Source: Macrostomum hystrix | Taxonomy: Eukaryota; Animalia; Platyhelminthes | NCBI GenBank assembly: GCA_950097015.1 | Contig: CATNEN010000034.1 | Coordinates: forward strand, 5,084,001 to 5,148,000 | Direction of reading: 5' to 3' | DNA: 64,000 nucleotides | Shown: in pieces, positions 33,644 to 44,094 of the stretch | How the letters are laid out: each line of letters begins with the position of its first letter | How positions within the stretch are numbered: position 1 is the stretch's first letter | Notes under the pieces: model-generated | Databases searched by the model: none | Told to the model about the DNA's origin: nothing | What the model saw: the letters and a program-made list of their open reading frames with translations, nothing else | Program-made: the position numbers and the translations under genes

Positions 33644-36600
33644 TTAGACGCTGAGTCCAGCTTTATTGTTCTTCTTGACGATGAGGAAGATGCCGATGCC
33701 AATGATCAAAGCCACGGCGAGGCCGGCACCGACTGCGATCAGCACGATGGCGATAGTTGAAATGCCGCCGCCGCCGCCGCCGCCGCCTTCGCCGACGCGT
33801 TCAACTTCGTCCAGATTGTCCGGCAGGCTGGTCTGCACAGAGACTACGTTGGACAGCTGGCCCAGCACCAAGTTGGAGTTCTGAGCGGCCACCGCCAGGT
33901 AGACGGTGCCGTTGCGGCCCACCAGAGCATTCGGCGGCACAGCATAGCTTAGCGGCGTGCCGGCAACAACCAGCGACGGATCCGACGCGTTCGGCAGCAG
34001 CCTCTCCTCGCAGTTGGTGTTCGAACTGCTCGGCGGACTGCCGGAAGTTAGGTCGGCCGGATTGGAGCACAGCCACAGGATGTACTGGGAGGCTGGGTTG
34101 AGGTTGATGAGGCTACATGAGGACCGAATATCTGAGGACCGAATATCTGAGGACCGAATATCTGAGGACCGAATATCTGAGGACCGAATATCTGAGGACC
34201 GAATATCTGAGGACCGAATATCTGAGGACCGAATATCTGAGGACCGAATATCTGAGGACCGAATATCTGAGGACCGAATATCTGAGGACCGAATATCTGA
34301 GGACCAAATCTCTGAGGACTAAATATCTGAGGACCGAATATCTGAGGACCGAATATCTGAGGACTAAATATCTGAGGACCGAATATCTGAGGACCGAATA
34401 TCTGAGGACCGAATATCTGAGGACCGAATATCTGAGGACCGAATATCTGAGGACCGAATATCTGAGGACCAAATCTCTGAGGACTAAATATCTGAGGACC
34501 GAATATCTAAGGACCGAATATCTGAGGTCCGAATATCTGAGGACTGAATCTCAAATTCATCCCTTGAGTTGTAGACTCACCAGATCCTTCCATTCTTCTG
34601 GCTCCAACGGCAGTGAAGTCCAGCCGAACGTCGGCCGCAGCGCCGCTCAAACTAATCCTGGCCCGCAGGTCGCCAATTTTCGCTGGCGGCGTTTTGGCCA
34701 GACTTGACTGATCAACGGCGGTCACCTCGAACTTGCCGGCTGTTGAAACTCGGCTGACTGGCTGGCTGGAGGCCAGGCGGACATTGTACTCGCGCACCAG
34801 GTTGACGGTTGTGGGCACGTAGCTGCTGTAGACGCCATCGCCTTTGACTGCGTCAGCGCCTGCGGCATTCAAAAATTAAAGTCACATCAATCAATGACCA
34901 AATCAATCAATGACCAAATCAATCAACTGATCAAATCAATCAACCTTACCAAATCAATCAACTGATCAAATCAATCAACTGATAAAATCAATCAACCTTA
35001 CCAAATCAATCAACTGATCAAATCAATCAACTGATAAAACCAATCAACTGATAAAATCAATCAACTGATCAAATCAATCAACCTCACCAAATCAAAATCA
35101 ACGGATAAAATCAATCAACTGATAAAATCAATCAACTGATAAAATCAATCATCTGATAAAATTAATCAACTGATAAAATCAATCACCTGATCAAATCAAT
35201 CAACTGATCAAATCAATCAACTGATCAAATCAATCAACTAATCAAACCAATCAACTGATCAAATCAATCAACTGTTTAAATCAATCAACTGATCACATCA
35301 ATCAGCCGATCCAGTCGATGTTCGCACCAGTTCCATCGTCATGCAGGTGCAGCTGAGCATGAACTCCGGCGTCAGACTCGACAGTGGCGGTGACATTGCC
35401 CCCGGTCAGCAGCTGGGAGCCTTGGCTCAGAGTGGCAAAGACTGATACCCTGCTGTTAGCGTTCAGTACCAGCTTTGCCGGGCTGACCACACCGTCCAGG
35501 ATGATCGGCGCCAAGTCGGACGGACGAGAGGTGACGACAAGCGACAGGCGGTTGTTGGCCGGCTCCTGGCTCCTCAGCAGCAGAGTATTGCGGACACCCT
35601 GGACTGTCCAGTCACCGGACTAGAATTCAGGGAATTTATTGTTTGTAGAACTGATCCCCAATGCCATAGATCCTACTGATCCCCATCCCATAGCTACTAT
35701 TGATCCCCATCCCATAGCTACTACTGATCCCCATCTCTTAGCTCCCACTGATCCTCATCCCATAACTCCTACTGATCCCCTATGGCCACAGATCCCACTG
35801 ATCCCCAATTCCTCAGATCCTACTGATTTCCAGTAGATATCCTCGCATTGCTACTCAAGTTGCACATATTTCTACCTCCACTTTGCCGTCAGTGCCAATG
35901 TTAATGACTCCGTTAGTATCGTCTCGCAGGTAGTTGGAGCTGTTGAGGCTGGAGTACACAACGCCGCTTGGCGAGATCACTCGCAGGTCGGCGCTGCGGA
36001 TGTCGGCCACAGCCGGCGAGCTCAGAGTGAACTGCGCGCCGTTGCTGATTGAAGCATCGAGATGCACCTTCTCGGTGAAGGTGGTCGGTACTGGCATCGA
36101 GAACACCTGCAGCCAGTCAGGGTTGGAAAGCCTGTTTTCAAGCCGCTAGCCATCAAGTTTACTAAACGGACACAAAATATCCCACCCTGGTCACTCTAAA
36201 AGATCACTCCCATAGTCAATCGAAAGACACTCCCAAGGTCACTCTAAAATATCACTCCCAAGGTCACTCTAAAATATGACTCCGATGGTCACTCCAAAGA
36301 TCACTCCCATAGTAACTCTAAAAATCCCTCCGATGGTCACTCTAAAATATCAGTCCATAGTCAATCGAAAGACACTCCCAAGGTCACTCTAAAATATCAC
36401 TCCGATGGTCACTCAAAAATTTCACTCCGATGGTCACTCCAAAATATCACTCCGATGGTCACTCTAAAAGATCACTCCGACGGTCACACTAAAAGATCAC
36501 TTAGATGGTCACACTCTCGGAGTGACTCCGCAGGTCGGGCCCCACTCACATCAATGGGTTTCTGTGAGGTGGACACGCGGTCTCTAACAAGGTCAGACAT

Positions 36601-39600
36601 TGCCTCCATGAGGTCATTGGCCGGGCTGTTGAATCTGGCGAAGTAGGCTTTGCCGCCAGTCTGCGCCGACAAATCCGCGAGCTGTTTGTCCGCCGAACTG
36701 CCGAATGCCACCGTGTCCACCACGATGGAGGTCCGGGCGGCGATCGCGGTAGCCTGTGCCAGGCTGTACCGATTCTTGACGTTTTCCGCGCCGTCTGTGA
36801 GCAGCACAATGTATCCGGTGTCCTGCTTGCTTGGCCTGTTCATGTTGGCTCCGAGAATCTGCGGACAGATAAGAAGATACCTTTAGGAATCCACTGATTC
36901 TTAAATTATCTTATTCAAAAAAAATCCCATCGTTTTTTAATTCTACATATCACCAATTTATACTTTTCTAAAGACTTCTAGTTTAAATCACTTTACAGAT
37001 TCCTAATTTAATTCATCCTACAAAATTCTAATTAACAGAAGAACTACCAAGAGGGGGATTTTTCCCCCTGACAATTTTTTTGCTGCACCCGAACGGAGCA
37101 ACGCAAGCACACGAAACTCAAGAACACGGGCCAACTTTTTTGCGCATCTTCTGAAACTATAATCTAGTCGCCAGCTCTTCAGACCGTCGAGATATTCAAT
37201 GGTTCTGGCCGAAGGTCAGATTTTTCCCATAAGCGCTAGTGTATTTCATACACCCCTATACACGAATTTGCACTGCGCCTCAGTGCGGCCTTGCCAGGCC
37301 TTCAAAATTGATCAGCATGTCACCCGAATGTGCCTGCATCATCTCCATCTTCGGTGCTCAGCTACCTTTATCTAGACGGACTGCTGGACCTTCAAGGGCT
37401 ACAACAGGTGGAACTAGGCCACTATGGACACCCTGACGCGAATTTCACTGATCAAGCCAAAATATTAGGCGCAGCTCAACCACCGGACACCATCGACCAG
37501 TCTGTCAACCAATCAGTCACCACCCAACGCTGTTAGCGTTCGGGCGCTGCCAAAAAAATTTCCTGGTGTGGGAGAAATCCCCCTTGGTATAAAAACGGTC
37601 GGCAAAATGGCTTGGTAGTCCTACTGTTAAACCTATCCTGTAGATCCCAAATTAATCCTTGAATCTCATTTATCCCCAAAAATGTAACCCATAATCAGTG
37701 ATGCCAAATGGATTATAATTGCATCCCAACTCACCTCCATGGCATGAGCCAGCGCATCACCGATGGCTGTGGAACCGCCAGCGCTGAGCTGGGTGACGGC
37801 CTTCCAATAGTCCTGCCTGATTGCCGCGGAGCTCAACGCGTTGAGGCTCTTCACAGTGCTCGGCGTGGAGCTGAATTTCGTCATGGCGCACCTGATGCCG
37901 TCCTCCAGCAGGCCAAGAAGAAGACTGCGCACCGCGATCTTCATCTTGGCGATGGGCTGGCCCTGACAGATTGACGTTTTGTCAATTGGGAAGCAGAAAT
38001 TTAAAATGAGGACAGAGGAACAAGAGGGGATAATCTACATAGATGAATAGAGAGGAATAGACACATGGATAGAGTGAGAGGAATAGAGTGAGAGGAATAG
38101 AGTGAGAGGAATAGAGTGAGAGGAATAGAGTGAGAGTAATAGAGTGAGAGGAATAGAGTGAGAGGAATAGAGTGATAGAAATAGAGTGAGAGGAATAGAA
38201 TGAGAGTAACATAGTGAGAGGAATAGAGGAATAGAGAGTTGGATAGTTAGAGAGGAATAGAGAGATGGCAAGGGAGAGGAATAGAGGATGGATAGAGTGA
38301 GAGGAAGTGAGTGGCACAGGTGCAGAGCAGATCTCACCTGCATGCTGCCAGACACATCCATGACAATGACCAGCCGCCTGGACTCCGCCCGCTGCACCAC
38401 AGTGAACCTGACAGTGGTGTCCGTCTCCGTGCTGTTGATAGTTCGCCTGTAGTCGGCATGGTCGAGCATCACTGACTGCACGCTGCGACCGCCACAGCGG
38501 CGGTTGTGCGGGTTCGGAGCAGCGACATTGTGGTCCAGGTCCAGGTTGCCTGCGCGTTTAAATGTTCCGTTTGTCTGTGAAACCTGCTTCTTGTGTCTAT
38601 TCTCTGCCCTTCTATTCTCTTCTCTTCTCTTCTCTTCTCTCGTCTTCTATTCTCTTCTCTTGTCTTCTCTTCTCTTGTCTTCTCTTCTCTTCTCTTCTCT
38701 TCTCTTCTCTTCTCTCGTCTTCTATTCTCTTGTCTACTCTTCTCTTGTCTTCTCTTCTCTTCTCTTCTTTTCTCCTCTCTTGTCTTCTCTTCTCTTCTTT
38801 TCTCCTCTCTTGTCTTCTCTTCTCTTGTCTTCTCTTCTCTTGTCTACTCTTCTCTTGTCTTCTCTTCTCTTCTCTTCTTTTCTCCTCTCTTGTCTTCTCT
38901 TCTCTTCTTTTCTCCTCTCTTGTCTTCTCTTCTCTTGTCTTCTCTTAGATAGATCTCTTAGATGTCTTTCTTAGAAATCTAAATTCTCAGAAGTTCCTTG
39001 AAAACTTTGGCGCTAATATAGTTAGTTCATATAAAAACTAGACCAAGCATTACCAGATGGTGCTTGGCAGAACTGGCGCACGGAGGTCAAGTAGGTGGTG
39101 TACATCAGCGAACCAGTCGCTGTTTGGCCCTGGTCTTCTAGAATGTAGCGGCAGTCGGGCTCCAGTTCCAGGGTGGCGCGGTCAACCTTGCACGGCAAGC
39201 CGGTGTCCTTGTGGCCGAATTTTCCCGCGATGCTGGCCGAACACCTGACTGGACTGATGCGGCCGCCCTGGAGATACGCGTGCGGACCCGATTCGCCGTT
39301 GTACTCGTTGAATACGCCCCAACGGAGGTGGGCAAACTCGTGCAACAGCTGCTTGCCCACTGCGGTTGGGTGAAGTTAGTGTGCGTCAGTGGCTAACTCT
39401 ACGACTGAACGACTTTTAATTAAAGATAGAACTAATGGTGTTGAAAAACAATGTACTCGTACTAGTAAAATCCTATGTTTTGCCTCTATCTATCCTTCCT
39501 CTATATATCCTTTCTCTATCTATCATTTCTCTATCTATCCTTACTCTATCTTTCATTCTCTATCTATCCTTCCACTATCTATCCTTCCTCTATCTATCCT

Positions 39601-41235
39601 TCCTCTATCTATCATTTCTCTATCTATCATTCATCTATCCTTCCACTATCTATCCTTCCTCTATCTATCCTTCCTCTATCTATCCTTCCTCTATCTATCC
39701 TTCCTCTATCTATCCTTCCTCAATCTATCCTTCCTCTATTTATCCTTCCTCTATCTATCTATCCTTCCTCTATTTATCCTTTCTCTATCTATCTATCCTT
39801 CCTCTATCTATCCTTCCTCTATCTATCCTTCCTCTATTTATCCTTTCTCTATCTATCTATCCTTCCTCTATCTATCCTTCCTCAATCTATCCTTCCTCTA
39901 TCTATCCTTTCTCTATCTATCCTTCCTCTATTTATCCTTTCTCTATCTATCTATCCTTCCTCTATCTATCCTTCCTCTATCTATCCTTCCTCTATCTATC
40001 CTTCCTCTATCTATCCTTCCTCAATCTATCCTTCCTCTATTTATCCTTTCTCTATCTATCTATCCTTCCTCTATCTATCCTTCCTCTATCTATCCTTCCT
40101 CTATTTATCCTTTCTCTATCTATCTATCCTTCCTCTATTTATCCTTTCTCTATCTATCTATCCTTTCTCTATCTATTCTTCCTCAGAAGGATAAATACCT
40201 GCCTTTCGCAGGACACACTGGTTTTCTAGTGCTTTAGTTTACCCAGCTGTAATCTGAGTACCAGCATCAGCTCTAAAACTTACAATCGGCAGGGCTGGTG
40301 TCCCTCAGGTGATCCCGGTGCAAGTTGACGTACAGTCCTGGCTGACCGCAGTCGCCCGGCTGCACAGTGTTGGGAATCTTGTTCCCCCGCTGGTCAACTC
40401 GAAAATGGGCCACATCCTCCGAGTGATAGGTGGCCGTCGAGTCCACGGATGCATTGCTCCATGAGCGTGGAACCAGGATGTAGACGTGCCCGAAGGCGAA
40501 CGACCTGGAGCCGTTGATCCGGCTGGCCACGGCCAGTCGTTGCGAGGCCTCCTGGAAGCTGTCCTGCAAGCCCCGGTTGGAAACACGATTCAATGTTGAG
40601 TTCATGCTCAGACACTTCACGATTTTCGTTTGAGTGACTGATCTGACCCCTCAGTATCAATCTCAACCCTTCATTCTCTATCTCAACCCTTCATTCTCTA
40701 TCTCAACCCTTCATTCTCTATCTCAACCCTTCATTCTCTATCTCGACCCTTCATTCTCTATCTCAACCCTTCATTCTCTATCTCAAACCTTCATTCTCTA
40801 TCTCAACCCTTCATTCTCTATCTCAACCCTTCATTCTCTACCTCAACCCTTCATTCTCTATCTCAACCCTTCAGTATCAATCTTAACCCTTTATTCTCTA
40901 TCTCAACCCTTCAGTATCAATCTCAACCCTTCAGTATCAATCTTAACCCTTCATTCTCTATCTCAACCCTTCAGTATCAATCTTAACCCTTCATTCTCTA
41001 TCTCAACCCTTCATTCTCTATCTCAACCCTTCATCCTCTTCATTATCTTATTCTAAAGAAGCTATTGCCGCTGTCTCACCTTTATCTTCTGTACCAGACT
41101 CCAGTCCTCGGGGATGTTCTCGGAGATCGACACCAGGATGTCATTGTATCTGCCATTATTGTCCAGAACAATGTCCCTGGCTGTAGTTAGAAGGCTGCAG
41201 GATAGAAGTACAGCTGCCAGCAGAATCCTCGCCAT
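33644..41235 (-). CDS. clca: CLCA-family (calcium-activated chloride channel regulator) Zn-metalloprotease/VWA protein, type I membrane, 913 aa; complement join(41080..41235,40284..40563,39054..39359,38338..38549,37735..37962,36550..36858,35876..36106,35328..35619,34581..34859,33644..34092)
   Basis: Signal peptide MARILLAAVLLSCSLLTTA; HEFAHLRWGVFNEY (CLCA HExxH motif); FC...HN..APNPHNRRC; VWA MIDAS DVSGSM, GGSTAIG, LLTDG; DDGTGADAVKGDGVYS; PPAKIGDL FN3-like start; C-terminal TM ISTIAIVLIAVGAGLAVALIIGIGIFLIV-KK. All nine introns GT-AG and phase-consistent; exons total 2742 nt. Confidence 0.93.
34115..34545. repeat. 15-bp minisatellite GAGGACCGAATATCT (clca intron 9)
   Basis: Read directly. 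Confidence 0.95.
34885..35300. repeat. 17-bp minisatellite ATCAATCAACTGATCAA (clca intron 8)
   Basis: Read directly. Confidence 0.9.
35650..35830. repeat. Degenerate CTACTGATCCCCAT repeat (clca intron 7)
   Basis: Read directly. Confidence 0.75.
36185..36515. repeat. 25-bp minisatellite GGTCACTCTAAAATATCACTCCGAT (clca intron 6)
   Basis: Read directly. Confidence 0.85.
37047..37587. mobile_element. Non-autonomous DNA transposon (MITE), 541 bp, about 48-bp imperfect TIRs, TA on both flanks, in clca intron 5
   Basis: Left end CCAAGAGGGGGATTTTTCCCC...AATTTTTTTGCTGCACCCGAACG; reverse complement of right end CCAAGGGGGATTTCTCCC...AATTTTTTTGGCAGCGCCCGAACG; TA at 37045-46 and 37588-89; no transposase ORF. 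Confidence 0.7.
38050..38305. repeat. 14-bp minisatellite AGAGTGAGAGGAAT (clca intron 4)
   Basis: Read directly. Confidence 0.85.
38600..38950. repeat. (TCTCT)/(TCTTG) pyrimidine microsatellite (clca intron 3)
   Basis: Read directly. Confidence 0.9.
39490..40175. repeat. 15-bp minisatellite TCTATCTATCCTTCC (clca intron 2)
   Basis: Read directly. Confidence 0.9.
40200..40272 (+). mobile_element. Degenerate fragment of the same SINE (central domain), in clca intron 2
   Basis: CCTTTCGCAGGACAC...GCTTTAGTTTACCCAGCTGTAATCTGAGTACCAGCATCAGCT aligns to copy 1 CCTTTAGCAAGACAC...GCTTCAGTTCACCCAGCTGTTAAATGGGTACCAGCATTAGCT. Confidence 0.6.
40655..41035. repeat. 20-bp minisatellite TCTCAACCCTTCATTCTCTA (clca intron 1)
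   Basis: Read directly. Confidence 0.9.
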
Positions 41236-41769
41236 GTTGACGGCAAGACTGACAATCTAATGAACTTTAACAGTAGAATTTTCTCTTTGACTTCAAACTA
41301 ATGCCCACTGAATTTTTTGAGTCTATTTTATCCATTGCCGCCGCGTTGATAAGATAGTTTAGCATATTTTCAGCCATGACCAAAGAATGTGCCGATTAAC
41401 TGCCCCTTCGGTTGACGTTGTTAAATTAATTTTTTCGCCACTACCCAAAAAACATTGGTTTTTCAATGATTTCCATGTCAAATGAAACATGATAAGATTA
41501 TAGATTTTTACATTTCTGCTTTGGTCTCCATGGCAACATTAGACAACAAAAAAGACAGCAACAGATATCCAAGGCAAAAGGCAAAAAGAATAACTTGGTG
41601 ACTATGTAAGGAGCAATGCACGGAATCTTATTTTTAAAAGGACAATAAAATAGCAGAAAATTGTGGGCTTGAGCAATCACGTTTATTACCGTATCCTTGA
41701 TCATAGGTGACGAATTAATGAATATTCTGATTGGACAGTTCACAAATAATATAATCTATTAATTTGGCT

Positions 41770-43520
41770 GCCCTGTCAACTATAAAATCTACCTCATTGG
41801 CTACCCTGTCACATTATCAGATCTACCTCATTGGCTACCCTGTCACATTATCAGATCTACCTCATTGGCTACCCTGTCACATTATCAGATCTACCTCATT
41901 GGCTACCCTGTCACATTATCAGATCTACCTCATTGGCTACCCTGTCACATTATCAGATCTACCTCATTGGCTACCCTGTCACATTATCAGATCTACCTCA
42001 TTGGCTACCCTGTCACATTATCAGATCTACCTCATTGGCTACCCTGTCACATTATCAGATCTACCTCATTGGCTACCCTGTCACATTATCAGATCTACCT
42101 CATTGGCTACCCTGTCACATTATCAGATCTACCTCATTGGCTACCCTGTCACATTATCAGATCTACCTCATTGGCTACCCTGTCACATTATCAGATCTAC
42201 CTCATTGGCTACCTTGTCACATTATCAGATCTACCTCATTGGCTACCTTGTCACGTTATCAGATCTACCTCATTGGCTACCCTGTCACCTTATCAGATGT
42301 GACAAGTAACTAAATTACTAAATTAAAAATTAAATTTAATTTAATAAAACTAAATTAACTACCCTGTCACATTGTCAGATCTACTAAATTAACTGCCCTG
42401 TCACATTGTGATTTCTACAAAATTAACTGCCCTGTCACATTGTCAGATCTACTAAATTAACTGCCCTGTCACATTGTCAGATCTACTAAATTAACTACCC
42501 TGTCACATTGTGAGACCTACTAAATTAACTGCCCTGTCACATTGTGATATCTACTAAATTAACTGCCCTGTCACATTGTCAGATCTACTAAATTAACTGC
42601 CCTGTCACATTGTGATATCTACTAAATTAACTACCCTGTCACATTGTCAGATCTACTAAATTAACTGCCCTGTCACACTGTGATTTCTACAAAATTAACT
42701 GCCCCGTCACATTGTGAGATCTACTAAATTAACTACCCTGTCACATTGTGAGATCTACTAAATTAACAACCCTGTTACATAGTCAAATCCACTAAATTGG
42801 CTATCCTGTCACATAGTCAAATCCACTAAATTGGCTATCCTGTCACATAGTCGAATCCACTAAATTGGCTATCCTGTCACATTGTCAGATCTACTAAATT
42901 AACTGCACTGTCACATTGTGAGATCTACTAAATTAACTGCACTGTCACATTGTGAGATCTACTAAATTAACTACCCTGTCACATTGTCAGATCTACTAAA
43001 TTAACTGCCCTGTCACATTGTGAGATCTACTAAATTAACTACCCTGTCACATTGTCAGATCTACTAAATTAACTGCCCGTCACATTGTGATTTCTACTAA
43101 ATTAACTGCCCTGTCACATAGTCAAATCCACTAAATTGGCTATCCTGTCACATAGTCAAATCCACTAAATTGGCTATCCTGTCACATAGTCAAGCCACTA
43201 AATTGGCTATCCTGTCACATAGTCGAATCCACTAAATTGGCTATCCTGTCACATTGTGAGATCTACTAAATTAACTGCCCTGTCACATTGTGAGATCTAC
43301 TAAATTGGCTATCCTGTTACATAGTCAAATCCACTAAATTGGCTATCCTGTCACATAGTCAAATCCACTAAATTGGCTATCCTATCACATTGTCAGATCT
43401 ACTAAATTAACTGCCCTGTCACATTGTGAGATCTACTAAATTAACTACCCTGTCACATTGTCAGATCTACTAAATTAACTACCCTGTCACATTGTCAGAT
43501 CTACTAAATTAACTACTTTG
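41770..43520. repeat. 34-bp satellite ACCCTGTCACATTATCAGATCTACCTCATTGGCT, switching near 42300 to variants ending CTACTAAATTAACT / CCACTAAATTGGCT
   Basis: Read directly; starts about 530 bp upstream of the clca ATG. Confidence 0.95.
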
Positions 43521-44094
43521 TCAATCTTTAAATATCTAGCATGTCAACAGCATTTGCAAACGTTCATGCACATCCTAATCTGCAATGGACAGAATTATCT
43601 AGTCCAATTCTATGCCATTACTTCAGTGAAATAAGTTTTGCAGCTTTTGTCGAATGCAAGCCATACGCAAACATTTAAGATAAAAGCTAAATTTCGAATA
43701 CACTAAATGTGTTTACCAAACTTGCAAAGCCGCGTACACAGATAATGACAACAGGCCTGTAACCAAAGCCAGCATCGACTGCGGTGCCAAAACTGCTAAC
43801 ATTTGCTAAAATTACTAAACGGGTCAAAGTTGCGCTGGTTTTAAAAGAAGTTCAGCATACAACGTTTTAACTTTAACTAACCTTAACGTTTTGCCATTGT
43901 AAACGATTTATATAGACAACTACGAGCGTGTGAACGGCTTTTATTATCTAAAACCAGGTGTCTTATCGATCAACTCGATTTTACTCGTCTCTCTCCTCTC
44001 CTGTCTCGTCCCTCCCCTCTCCCGTCTCATTTATCATCTCTTCTCAGTCTCATCTATATTCCCATCATCATCTTATTTTTTATCTCTCCCTTTT

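Noticed and set aside
39054-39082. Alternative clca exon 3 donor GTGCGC at 39081 with acceptor at 38584
   Set aside because: In frame, but it deletes the conserved FC motif and uses a purine-rich acceptor; the 39054/38549 junction fits the family better.
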